From: Lama glama
Taxonomy: Eukaryota
DNA: 64,000 bases
Reading direction: 5' to 3'
Assembly: GCA_028534125.1 (NCBI GenBank)
Contig: CM052817.1
Coordinates: 1,614,001-1,678,000, forward strand
The position numbers and the translations under genes are program-made. Of the stretch, positions 12,985 through 25,083 are shown piece after piece. The number at the start of each line of letters is the position of its first letter. Within the stretch, counting starts at the first letter, position 1. A model generated the notes under the pieces. The model saw only the letters and a program-made list of their open reading frames with translations. It made no database searches and was not told where the DNA came from.

Positions 12985-13790
12985 AACTCTTCTCCCATTT
13001 CTGGGTTGTTTGGTGCGCGTGTAGAGAAACAGGCTGGTTTCTGTGCGTTGATCAGGTACCTGCCACTGGCTGAGCTTGTCTATTAGTTCCCACCATTCTT
13101 TAGTGGATTCCTTGGAATTTTCTGTGTACATCTAATCTGTGAGTAGTTTTACTTTTTCCTGCCAATCTGTCTAGCTTTCATGTCTTTTTCGGGCCTAAAC
13201 TTCCAGGCTAGAAGCCCTGTTACAATTTTGAATAGAAGTGACAAGAGCAGACGTCCTTGCCTTGTCCCTGATTTTAGGGGAAAGCTTTCCGTCACTCAGC
13301 ACCGATCATGACGTTCACTCTGGCTCCTCACAGACGCCTTTACCAGGCTGAGGAGGTCTCCTCCTGTTCCTGGTCTGCTGAGTGTTGTTCTCGTCCTGTA
13401 GGATTGTCAAATTTTGTCAAATGCTTTCTCTGCATCTATTGAGAGGATCGTATGGGTTTTGTTCTTTATTTGATTGATATGTTGTATTACACTCTTTGAA
13501 TCTTGGAAGTTAAATCAACCTTGCGTTCCTAGGACAATCCCACTTGGCATGGCGAAGAAGCCTTTTCACAGGGTGCTGCATTCAGTTTGCCAGTATTGTT
13601 GGTGAAAAGCTTTGTCTGCATTCGCAAGGGATATGGGGCTGTAGTTTTCTTTTTTTGTGATGTTTTTGGTTTTGGTATCAGGGTAATGCTGACCTCTTAG
13701 AATGAGTGCCTTCCTGTTCTGTTTTTGGAAGAGTTCGTGAAGGCCTGGTGTTCATTTGAACTGATTCTTGAGGGTTAAGGTAGTTCACTT
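12985..13790 (-). mobile_element. Old L1 (L1M-type) ORF2-region remnant, antisense
   Basis: AT-rich island with L1 antisense motifs: cttgccttgtccctgattttaggggaaagctttc, ttgtcaaatgctttctctgcatctattgagaggatc, ttttggtatcagggtaatgctgacctc. Confidence 0.8.
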
Positions 13791-14579
13791 GAAACTACGG
13801 GCAGTGGAAACAGTGTGGCCAGAGGTCTGAGGGTGGCAGATCTGAGTAACGAGAGCCATGGGGTCTGGCTGGCGCAGGCACACAGGAGGCAGAGAAAGGT
13901 CCACAGGGGCTGGATACCGAAGAGCCAGCTGGACACAGGCAGGTCCTGGAGAGTCAAAACAGAGCAGTGATGGGAACAGCATGTATGTTGGAGAGTGGGC
14001 TGAGGGGAACGTGGTGGAGGAAAGAGATTGAGGAGAGGAAGTGGTGGGGGCTGCCCAGAGGTGGTGGAGAGGGGTCAGGCAGGGTGGCTGGGAGGAGGGG
14101 AGGTGGCCTAGAGGGCTGGGTATGCTGCAGGGGGAGGGACTGGCAAGAGCACTGGAAACAGGCACGGGGCAGGACAGAGCCTCAGTGTCTGGAGGCTGCA
14201 GTGAGAGGCCAGAGAGCTGGCCTGAGGTGGAGGCCAGGAAACCAGGGAGGGGCACCCAGTATAGACATCTAGGTGGGAGCCCAGCCCAGGGTGTAAGCTA
14301 CCCTCTGCCACAGGTGGCCCATCTTGGTGGCAGCCTGTATGCAGGTGGAAGGTAGAGGAGCAAAATGCCTGGGAGGCAAGCAAGGGCTTTCACCAGCCTT
14401 TAGCCAGCCTCGGAGTCTCTTGGGAGAGATGCCCACATATTTCCAAGCAGGTGGGAGCTGCCAAGGACCAGACCCTTGACGCCTGCAGGTAATCCAGGGC
14501 AGAGGCCCACAGGGTCTGATAGGCCACGCATCCTGCCCAGGACGGGGACAGAGAAACCGCAGACCCGCGTGGGAGCCTG

Positions 14580-15420
14580 AGAGCTTGCGGCCCGGTGGGG
14601 GGCTCCGCCGACCAGACCAGCTTCAACCACACCACAGCCGCTGGAGGCCGGGCGGCCCTCACCCCCATTGGCTCAGGGAGGAGAAGGCACTTTCCCGAGG
14701 GCTGGGCCAGCCAGGAGCCGGGTGGGACTGGGGCCTGGGCGCCGGAGCCTTGCAGCCGCGGGGCACGGGCAGTGTTGGGGCTGTGAAGGCGCGGTGCCCC
14801 GTTTGCATCAGCGGCTTCCTGCCCCAGGGGTGCACCTCAGACGCCGGCCCCGCGGCCCCGTCCTCAGTGCGGCGGACAGGGAAACTGAGGCCCCGGGAGG
14901 GGGACGGGGCGGGGCGGCCGGCTCACCTGCGTCCGGCCCGCCCGCGAGGGGCGGAGCCGGCGGCCGGGTGGGGGCGGGGGGCGGCGGGGCCGGGGGCGCG
15001 GCGGCATGGCGGGCGCGGGGCTGCGGCCGCGGGGCTGGGGCCGGCGGGAGGCGGGCGCCGGGGCCGAGGCGGCGGCCGGGGCGCGCGGCCCGGGGCCGTG
15101 TCGGTGCGCGCAGGGGAGGCGGGCGCGGGCCGCCCCCCGGAACCCAGCCGTGCCCGCCGCCTGGACGCCGTGAGTACCGAGCCGGACGGAGCCGGCGCTT
15201 CCAGGGAGAACAAAGGCGGGCGTGGGCCCGCCCGGGTTGGACCTGGGGGCTCCGGGCGGGGCGCGGGCCTGTCCGTCTGCCAGGACCTCCCGTGGGTGGG
15301 CGTGGGCGCGGAGCCCCCTCCTCCCTCTACTCTGTCCCGCGCCCCCTGGCCTGGCGCGGGGGTGGCCAGGCGCAGGGCCGGCGCGCCTTGTTGGAGTCTC
15401 CACTGTTGGTGGGGGCGCAG
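14580..15420. promoter_or_regulatory. SH3BP2: CpG island / GC-box promoter of SH3BP2 proximal first exon
   Basis: Very high GC and CpG density, multiple GGGCGG boxes, inverted CCAAT (ATTGG at 14667-14671); contains the exon at 15006-15169. Boundaries approximate. Confidence 0.85.
15006..15169 (+). CDS. SH3BP2: SH3BP2 alternative coding first exon (proximal); adds a 56-aa N-terminal extension MAGAGLRPRGWGRREAGAGAEAAAGARGPGPCRCAQGRRARAAPRNPAVPAAWTPF
   Basis: Strong Kozak ggcATGG at 15006; donor CC|gtgagt after 15169; 164+4 = 168 nt, in frame with the exon-2 ATG. Resembles the recalled human long-isoform start MAGSGPRPRSWGRREAGA...GPGPCRCSQGRR...PAAWTPF. Too short to appear in the ORF track. 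Confidence 0.85.
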
Positions 15421-15977
15421 GCCAGAGGGGTTGGCTTTGGGTGCAGGTGGGGCTGGAGGGACCCAGGAGCGGCCTCCTCCCAGGAGGCAGGAGGCGGCGA
15501 ACATTTGATGGAATCTGCCGGCTTGCTAAGAGCAGAGTGGTCTTCTTTGTGTGTGTGTTTGGGAATGAGACCTGTAGTGGCAGGAGTTCCAGCAACACTG
15601 GGCCCCTGGTTCTGACCCTAACTGCTCCCTTAGGGTCTCAACAGTAGACTGACCCTACACCTGCTCTTCCAACTCCACTGGGAGCCCAGGAGGGACCAGG
15701 CCCCAGGTTGGGGGTGGCGGGAGGTAGGGATAAAACAGTGCAGGGTGTGAGGGGCGCTGTTCAGAGGGACCAGGGGTCCCCAAACTGAGATGCCTCACAG
15801 AAGAGGGCCTCAATCAGAGTCTTGAAGGATGGGTAGGAGCCCTCCGTGTGATGGGGGCAGCGGTCATTCCAGGCAGAGCCCCGCAGTGTGAAACTGAAAC
15901 AGCCTGGTTGGTTTCGGGGAAAGCAGCTGGAACACGAGTAAGAGACTCTGGGACCTGGACTGTAGGGTCCCATGGGT

Positions 15978-16298
15978 CTGGGTTAACCCCAAGGCAGGAT
16001 GCACTGTATGGTGCCTGCCCGAGTGATGCCCCAGGCTGACGGGGAGACCGGGTAGATTCGGCCACCCCACCAAATGGTTGTCATGGCCACTGTTAGCAAG
16101 GTGTGCTGCCCACCAGGCCAGATCAGCTCTGTCCTGGATGTGACAGATGTGACAACTCTAGCAGCTGAGGCCCAGAGCTTTCCCAGAAAGGGAGTCGGGA
16201 TGGGAACTGCAGACCCTTGGCTGCCTGCTTCCTGCTTTCTGGTCTCGGGGACTTAAGAAAGGGATGGACAGAAGTTGGTTAAATGCAGGCAGGAGTGG
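15978..16298 (+). repeat. Local direct repeat, copy 1 (SH3BP2 intron 1)
   Basis: Aligns by eye end to end with 17318-17630 at roughly 89% identity; carries an extra GATGTGACA unit. Confidence 0.95.
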
Positions 16299-16836
16299 AG
16301 GGTGGGGCATCTGGGGCATCAGAGCTGTTGGAGAGGGTGCCCAGGGGCTGCCCTCATCCTTGTACTGCTTTAACTTTTCCCTTCCGGTTGTGACCCCAGT
16401 CACCTCCTTCTGGAAGCCCTCCCTGACTTCCCATCTAAGGCAGTCCCCATTACACACTCACTTGGCACTCAGACTTGGAGTGGTTATGGCTTAAGGCCTG
16501 ACTTACCTGGACCAGAGGTTTCCTGAGTTCATGCTCTGCTGTACCCTAGCCCCTGGTTTAGTAAGTGTGTGGTGAATAAGCCAATGACAGTGAAGGAACA
16601 CACTTGGCTCTTAGGGTCCCTGGAGATCAAGTGTGTGGCTGAAAGGACCAAGGGCTGATAGAGTGGACCAGGTGACCTTTTCTCTCCCTGGGGTCCCACC
16701 TGGTTGCCTGGGTCTTCAGAAAAGGGGTATACTCACCCCTTGCTGCCTTGAATCTTCATGCTGTCTCCAGGAACTTGGCAGTGTCCTCCCTGCATGCGCC
16801 CAGCTAAGCTATCTTCTGTCTCCCACCCCTGGCTGA

Positions 16837-17217
<381 letters not shown>

Positions 17218-17317
17218 TAAGATGGGCATTTGGTGCACAGTGCTGACCAGCTGGCCAAGGGAGCTTCAGCCTGCGGCCAGGGGCTGGGGGCCCTTGTCGG
17301 CCTGGTAGGTCTGGCCC

Positions 17318-17630
17318 CTGGGTTAACCCCAGGGCAGGATGCACTTTCTGGTGTCTGCCCGAGTGATGCCCCAGGCTGATGGGGAGACAAGGTAGATTCC
17401 AGCCACCCACCAAACAGTTGTCATGACCACTGATAATGAGGGTGTGCTGCCCACCAGGCTAGAACAGCTCTGTCCTGCATGTGACAACTCTAGCAGCTGA
17501 GCCCCAGAGATTTCCCAGAAAGGGAGTCAGGATGGGAACTACAGACTCTTGGCTGCCTGCTTCCTGCTTCCTGGTCTCAGGGCTTTAAGAAAGGGATGGA
17601 CAGAAGCTGGCTAAGGGCAGGCGGGAGTGG
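17318..17630 (+). repeat. Local direct repeat, copy 2 (SH3BP2 intron 2)
   Basis: Same-orientation copy of 15978-16298, starting CTGGGTTAACCCC and ending GGAGTGG. Confidence 0.95.
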
Positions 17631-17910
17631 GCAACAGGGTGCCCTCACCTTATCGAGAGGGTGTTCAGTGAGTCAGGCAGTCACTGTCCGCAGCGAGCCA
17701 GCTTTAGTCCAGGGGCCCTGTGGTGACTCCACACAGCCCTCGACTCTACCCCTGCCCTGGAGCGACCAGCACGCCCATGAGCTTGTCCGCATCTGGCCCC
17801 ATGGTAGACCCCAGGGCAGGGGCGGCAGGCCAGCCCAGTTCCCTGCCTTCCATTCAGTGGTGTTCAAAGGCAGGCGTCCTGGCCTGGTGTTCCCAGGGCC
17901 CTGAGCGTAG

Positions 17911-18081
<171 letters not shown>

Positions 18082-19271
18082 TAAGTGTCCCCATGCCCAC
18101 TGACCCCGGGCCCCACGGTCAGCTGCTCCACCCTGGTTCCCGTTCAAGGCAGGTCCCAGCTTTCCTGAGATGGCCCCACCCCCACCCCTTTGGACCACGT
18201 CCGGCCTCTTCCACCCCCGTCCTGGCCTCAGGGCAGCCTCGTCTCCTCCCTGAGTGGACCTGCAGTCTAACCTGAGTGCTTTGCCGAGGGCCTGAGGGCA
18301 AGGCTGAGGCTTTCTGACTCATGGTTGGGACAGCGTGCTCTCCAGGGTCCCCATTCAGTCACTGCCCAATGACTTCTGTGTCCCTCCTTCCTCCCCACCT
18401 TGTCCCCTCACCCATCACTGCCTCCTTCTGAATGGCCAAGAGCCCAGCCCACTCCCGGCCCTGCCCCAGGCTCCCTTGTCCCCGCTATGGGCTGGGCCCG
18501 TGAGTCAGGCCATGATCTGACCGTGAGGGGCTCTGGGACTAACGGGCCGGTGGGCACTCCCCTCCACACACACCGTGAGTTGGGGTGGGGTGGGGCATAC
18601 TGGCCTGTGTGTGCCCACACACACACACACGCACAGCAGGGGTCAAGGGTGATTCCTGGCTCTAGGTCCTGGTGTCACACCACTCAGGCCCTGCACCTGA
18701 GGGCATTGGTCTGTGTCTCTTGCCCTCCCAGGAGGGCCTGGCCACTCCTTCCTATGAGAACCCAGGGTCCGTGGTGTCAGTGGCAGGACTGAGACCCTTT
18801 GGGAGTGGCTGTAGACCCTGGCTTGCACCCAAGCTCTCGGCCCAGTGCAAGACCCCCAGGCAGAGGAGGGGGGAGGCTCCAAGCTCCTGTGGTCGTCAGT
18901 TGGTGGGTCAGAGCTCTGGGGGCCCCTGGAAAGGGACATTTCCTTTCCGTCGACACTCCACCTTTGACCTGGTAGGGGAGCAGCCTTGCCCCAGGGGATG
19001 GTCCAGGCCCTCTGATGGGTCATATGGGCACACCTGCCCCAGGTGCCCAGACTGGCAGTACCCCCACCCCGCGGTAGACGTCGTGGTCTCTGTGCGAACC
19101 TCACGTCCCGGCTGTGGGAGCGGCCACAGTGAATCACTTGCGAGAAATGCTCTCCGACACCTGCCAGGCATCAGGGGTGGGGCAGAGGCTGACCCGGAAC
19201 CCCATGCAGGCGGGCCCCCAGCAGGCGGGCCGGGGCCAGGCGGGGTCCAAGGCACCCAAGTAAAGCCCTGA

Positions 19272-19655
<384 letters not shown>

Positions 19656-19956
19656 TGACAGGGCCCAGGCCCGGCCCTGAGGGATGTGGCTGGGGCATGG
19701 GCTGCTGGGCGGGTGCTGCCCTCGGTCCTCTGTCCTTGCGCCCGGAGCCGGCACCCTCACCCTGAGAACTTGCTGTCTCAGGGGGAACCCTGGATGGGCT
19801 GACGGGGCTGTAGCCCCAAGAGGGCCAACCAGGGCTGTCTCCCCGAAACCCCGTGGTGGATGCAGACTAGCCGGTGCAGGGACGGGAGGTGAGGAGAGGC
19901 GAGGGAAGGGCTCTGCCCTGGCAGTAGTGCCCACTGAGGCCCTGACTGACCCACAG

Positions 19957-20027
19957 AGCTGGATGGCCTTGCTGCGCAGGGAGATCGGCCACTTCCATGA
20001 GAAGAAGGAGCTGCCTCTGGAGGCCAG
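19957..20027 (+). CDS. SH3BP2: SH3BP2 exon 5 SWMALLRREIGHFHEKKELPLEA
   Basis: cacag| acceptor, AG|gtgggc donor, 71 nt. Confidence 0.96.
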
Positions 20028-20579
20028 GTGGGCCTGGGGCGTGACGGCGGGCAGGGTGTCCCTGGGGTCCCTCGACCTTGCCGTCCTCCTCACCCGTGGG
20101 GCCGGGCCCCGAATCCCCTCCTCCGAGGCTCTTCTGAAGGTGCCACCTGGGCCACGTGTGCGGGGTGTGCATCTGCATGCGTGTGCCCGAGCGTGTGAGC
20201 GTGTGTGCACACACCCCCATCGGTGGTTCTTGTTGAAAGGGCTACAGGTGTTTCTACCTGCCCTTTCAGGAGGCTCGGAGTCTGTAGTAGCTCAGACCTT
20301 TGGGTTCTCAGGCCTCTGACGCCCACTCTGGCTCACGAGGGAGTGAGACCAGAGTGAGTCCCCTGGGCGGTGGCTCAGCAAGCAGCAGGGGCTCTGGGTG
20401 CGCACAGCGTCCATCCTGCCCTGGAGACGAGGACACTGAGGCCCAGAGAGGGCTGGCACGCCTAGGCTGCTCTGCAGGCCCTGCCAGAGCCCTGTGGGCA
20501 CCCTCTGGGCAGTCAGGGCACCCTTGTGGCTAGAACCACAGTGGAGTTGAGGAGGGAGGCACCACAGCCCTCACGTCTG

Positions 20580-20725
20580 TCCTTGTGTGTTTATCTTTAT
20601 GTGTCCATGTGTCTCTGCGTGTGTCCTTGTGAGTCCTGTGCGTCTGTCCACATCTGCACGTCTGTGTCTGTGTGCACATGCCTGCGTCTGCATGTCTGTG
20701 TGTGTCATGCGTGTCCGTGCACGTG
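20580..20725. repeat. Degenerate TG-rich repeat upstream of the exon 6 acceptor
   Basis: tgtgtg/tgcgtg/catgtc arrays. Confidence 0.75.
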
Positions 20726-20780
20726 GGTGCCAGAGGCCCCCCGCCCGGCGCTCAACTGCCCTGCCCTCCCCTGCACTCAG

Positions 20781-20869
20781 CGACTCCAGCTCGGACACAG
20801 ACAGCTTCTACGGAGCGGTTGAGCGGCCCGTAGACATCAGCTTCTCTGCATGCCCCGCGGACAGTGAGG
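20781..20869 (+). CDS. SH3BP2: SH3BP2 exon 6 [30 protein letters not shown]
   Basis: ctcag| acceptor, G|gtgagg donor, 89 nt. Confidence 0.96.
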
Positions 20870-21124
20870 GTGAGGCGCGTCCCCACGTCCACTGCCCCAC
20901 CGTCTCTCCAGCCTGGCCGCTGGCAGGGGCTGGGTGAGGTCCTCCTCTCAGGCTGCTGCCCAGGAGGGAGGCATGTTTGGCTTCCTCCCTGCTCTGTCCC
21001 TTTGGCCCCCCCAGGCAGCCTGGGTCTCGGGTCCCATCCTTGTCCTGAGGACCCCACCCTGCCAGTCCGCCCTGATGCTGCTGGCCTGGGCCGCCCTGGC
21101 TCTGACCCTCTGTCTGCCCCTCAG

Positions 21125-21193
21125 ACTACGAGCATGATGATGAGGACGACTCGTACATGGAGCCCGACTCGCCTGAGCCCGGGAGGCCTGAGG
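21125..21193 (+). CDS. SH3BP2: SH3BP2 exon 7 DYEHDDEDDSYMEPDSPEPGRPE (two acidic tyrosine motifs)
   Basis: ctcag| acceptor, G|gtaggc donor, 69 nt. Confidence 0.96.
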
Positions 21194-23013
21194 GTAGGCA
21201 GGGCCAGCTGGGGGCTGGAGAGGCCTCGGGGCGAAGAGCAGGGCCTGGGGCCGGGGCCCCTTCCAGGCTGGGGGACTGGGGACTGCTCTGGGTGGCCTCA
21301 GGCCCGACAGGCTCCACCCCAGGCCTCAGTTTCCCTACTGTGGCCCGAGTATTAGGAGGAACAGAGCAGAAGAGGCTGGACACCCTTACTGGTCCTGCTC
21401 ACCTGCTCCTCCTGCCTCCTGCAGTTAGCCGGGGTGGTGGGGGGCGGCGCACTTGGGTTTTGTGCTGATAACTAGGGAAGGAGGGACAGCTCTCTCAGCA
21501 CTTCCGCAAGCCAGAGGGTCACACGCTGCCCCGCCCCCGCCCCCACCTCCCAAAGCACACAGCCCAGCGAGGGAGGCAGGCTTGTACCGGCCTTTGACTT
21601 ACTCACATACCACAGTGGAGCACCGGACCGGTGTGGGAGGGCTGTGCCTCTGTCCTGCCCTCTGTCCGTCACTCCCTACCCCTGCCGTCTGTCCTCTGTC
21701 TCCGTCTCTCCCCTCTTTGCCTACTGTCCCATCACTCACCCTGTACCCCCGGTTTTCCTCCCCCAGCCCCTCCTCTCCAGCCCCAGCCCCAGCCCCTCTC
21801 ATTCATGTTCATTTCAGTATTTCTGGGACAGTTTCTCCACCTCTGGCCTCCCTGTGCCAATGACCTTGTCTTCTTCCTGCCTCAACCCCCTTGTGTCCTC
21901 TTCTTAGCTCCACCCCACCTCAAGTGCACCCGGGTCCAGCCCCCTTCCCTGCTACGAGCTCCCTCCCTCTGAGGTCTGGCTGCCACAGGCCTCCAGCCCA
22001 CCAGGACCTGCGGGCCAGCACAGAGCCCACATCTCTGCCCCAGGCCGTGGTCTTTGCACCCTCACTCAAATGTTCCACCCTCTCCTGTCTCTGGCCTTGT
22101 GACCCCAGCCCTGGGGAAGCCCCCGGCTCGGTCCGCCCTGTCCTCGCTGGAGGAGGTGCACAGGGCCTCGCTACACATTCTCCCCCTGGCCCTCCGGGGG
22201 CCCAGCACTTTGCACACCTGCCGGCACTGTCTGGCCACTCAGGCTCCCCCTCTCAGAACATCTCTCGTCAGGGTTCCCACTGCAGGGTGGGAACCCTGGG
22301 TGGCACTTGGTCCAGTGCCCTCTCCCTGTCCCCACCTGTCCTGCTAGCACCAGGCACCTCATGCTCCAGGCCCCCTCCCACCTCCCACCAGCCCTGCTCC
22401 TCCCGCACACCCGGCGACTGGAGGGCCACCCGGGTTCAGGCCTCTCCCACCTTTCTCCTGTCACGCCAGGGCCACAGCCAGCATAGTCAGTGGGCTGCTG
22501 ACGCGGTGGACATGTGCAGCCAGGCCCTCTCTCTGTGCTCTGGGCCTGTGCCCCAACACTTCCCTTGGTGTCCCATAGATGTCTCACAGCATCTTAAACT
22601 TGTCGTGAACACAACCCTTGTCTTCCTCCTAGCCTGCGCCCACCCTTCCTCGTCTCTGTGGGAATTCCAGCCTCCCGCAGCTGAGGCCCCATCCTCAGAG
22701 GCCTCCTTGCCTCCTCTCTGCCTCTTGCTTTCCTCTCCAGGAACTTAATGGCTCCTGATGTGACATCTGGGCTTCAGGGAATTTCAACAGGCTGCTGTGT
22801 GGAGGAGGAAGGGGTGGGCTGGTAGCGTGGACTGGGCCAGGACCCCAGGAGGAAGGCTGCATCAGGAGTGCTGGGCGTTGGGGCTGTACGGTGGCCAGGC
22901 TGTGAGGGGCGCACACCTGCTTGGCCCCCGCCATCTGTTACTGGTGGAGGTGGTGCTGGTCCAGCCTCCAGCAGGCGACGCTTGCTCACCAGATGGGTCT
23001 CTTTGCTCTGCAG

Positions 23014-23671
23014 ACGCCCTGGTCCACCCGCCTGCCTACCCCCCACCTCCTGTGCCCACGCCCAGGAAGCCAGTCTTCTCCGATGTGCCTCGCACACACT
23101 CCTTTACCTCCAAGGGTGCAGGCCCCCTGCTGCCACCCCCGCCCCCTAAGCGCAGCCTCCCTGATGCTGGCTCAGCCACTGAGGACTCCAAGAGGGACCT
23201 GCTGGGCCTGAAGCGGATTGAACCCAGCCCCAGGGTGCCCACTGTCTCCCGAAGGATGAGCGACCCCCCGCTGGGCAGCCCGCCCACCATGCCCGGCCTC
23301 CGGAAACCACCTTGCTTCCCTGAGAACACCTTCCATGAGAATACCAGCCCCAGCCTGGAGCCCCGGATCCCCAGCCACGGGGTCAGCTCTGCCAGCACGG
23401 CCACTGCCGTCTCCAGGAACTGTGACAAGCTCAAGTCCTTCCATCTGTCCCCTCGGGGTCCACCCATGCCTGAGCCTCCTCCCTTACCAGCCAACAAGCC
23501 CAAGTTCCTAAAGATGGCAGAGGAGGTCCCGCCGAGGGAGGCAGCCCGGCCCGGACTCTTTGGGCCCCCTGTGGCCCCCAAGCCGCCTGCACTGAAGCTA
23601 CCCATGCCTGAGGCCACAGCCCGGCCCGCAGTCCTGCCCAGGCCAGACAAGCCGCCCCTCCCCCAGCTCCA
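23014..23671 (+). CDS. SH3BP2: SH3BP2 exon 8 (proline-rich region; ABL-SH3 ligand [10 protein letters not shown] at 23028-23057)
   Basis: ctgcag| acceptor, CA|gtgagt donor, 658 nt open frame within ORF 22797..23675; also contains the RTHSF and RRMSDP Ser motifs. Confidence 0.97.
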
Positions 23672-24959
23672 GTGAGTCTGTGGCACCAGTGCCATCGGGA
23701 CCCCTCCCTGGCCTGTTCTCCCGCTGGCACCCCAGTCTCCCTGCCTCTGGCACCCAGCCAGGACAAGGAAGGGTCCGTGACTGCTCCAGTCTGCCTAGGC
23801 TGAACGGCCCCCTCACTTGGCCAGGATACAAGGGGCATCCAGCCTTGAAGCCCAGCCCAGCGCGTGGTAGACCTGGAGCTCTTGGCTGCCTTGGGGCGCA
23901 GTGAGCAAGGAGGGTGGGGGGAGGTATGTGGCTGGGAGCCTCTCTGAGCCCGCGGCCTCTGCAGGCCCTCCTGACCCAGAGTGGCCCTCTCCAGCCCCGT
24001 CTGGGGCTCTGGATGTGTCCCTCGCTCCAGAGCCACTAAGGCTGCCTGTGTGCCCTTCTCGACTGGGGACCTGCTGGAATGTGGCACAGGCCTGTGACAC
24101 CCCCCCGGGGCCTGCTCCAGACACTTCTGCTTCATGGCTGGGCAGGGCCAGGACACTGGCGTGTCCCTGCTCCCACAGTCATCCATGCCCCCGGCCACGG
24201 CCGCAGAAGTCGGGAGCCCTCAGCAGTGAAGGCTGTGGGGGCCACGGGGGCGCGCCTCGAGTGGGCGCACTGGTCCGTGCTCCCCAGCCGCCCTGCCCCC
24301 GGGAAGTGCCGGGGGGCCCTTGGCCACACCTGTGGTTGTGTTTCATGAGGGGCCACAGAGGTGCAGGCTGGGTCATTTGCCACTCTCTGGATCTGGCCCT
24401 GAGGGCCACAGGCAGCTTGGGCCGGGGATGGTTGTCCACAGTGCAGCCTCGCCCCCAGCCCGGCAGCCCCTCCCGTAACTCCCGCGAAGCCCTGGAGGCT
24501 TAGGACCACCTGGCCACAGGTGAGGGGCATGTGCCTTCAGCCCGACCCATCCACATGCATCCTCTGGTGCTGAAAGGGGCGTGATTTGGCTGAGGTTACA
24601 GAGTTGGTCAGTGGCAGAGCTGGGGATGACACCCCCCTCAACCTGGGGCCTTTTCCATCCAATGTCCAGACCACTTGTCCACAGTGTGACACCACCAGAG
24701 CCCAGGACCCCCCCTTGCCTGTGACCCCAGCCCTGGCTTCCAGGCCTCAGGCCATTGCTGCCACCCCATGACGGTCAGCATGGACCCCTCCAGAGCTCTG
24801 TGGTCGTGGGCCTTTGACAGCCACCAGGGCTGTAGCAGCCAGACCCCCTGGGTTCCAACGCCTGGTGTGGTCACTTGGAGGGTGCTTGGGTGTGGTGGTG
24901 GTGGGGCCTTTCCTGTGTCTGACAGTGGCGTGGCCTTCCTGTCCTTGTTCCTCTCCCAG

Positions 24960-25083
24960 GCGGTCACCCCCTGATGGGCAGAGTTTCAGGAGCTTCTCCT
25001 TTGAAAAACCCCGGAAACCCTCGCAGGCTGACTCTTCACAGGCCGACCCTGGTGGGGAGGACTCTGATGAGGACTATGAGAAG
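24960..25083 (+). CDS. SH3BP2: SH3BP2 exon 9 [41 protein letters not shown] (tankyrase-binding / cherubism motif RSPPDG at 24961-24978)
   Basis: ctcccag| acceptor; 124 nt; ends at a non-canonical AAG|gcaagg donor, the only nearby donor that keeps frame with exon 10. Confidence 0.93.

Noticed and set aside
14585..15647. 307-aa, 315-aa and 244-aa ORFs over the SH3BP2 CpG island
   Set aside because: GC artefacts; the credible coding frame is a different, short one (15006-15169).
23036..23695. 219-aa antisense ORF over exon 8
   Set aside because: Shadow of the Pro-rich, GC-rich sense coding frame.
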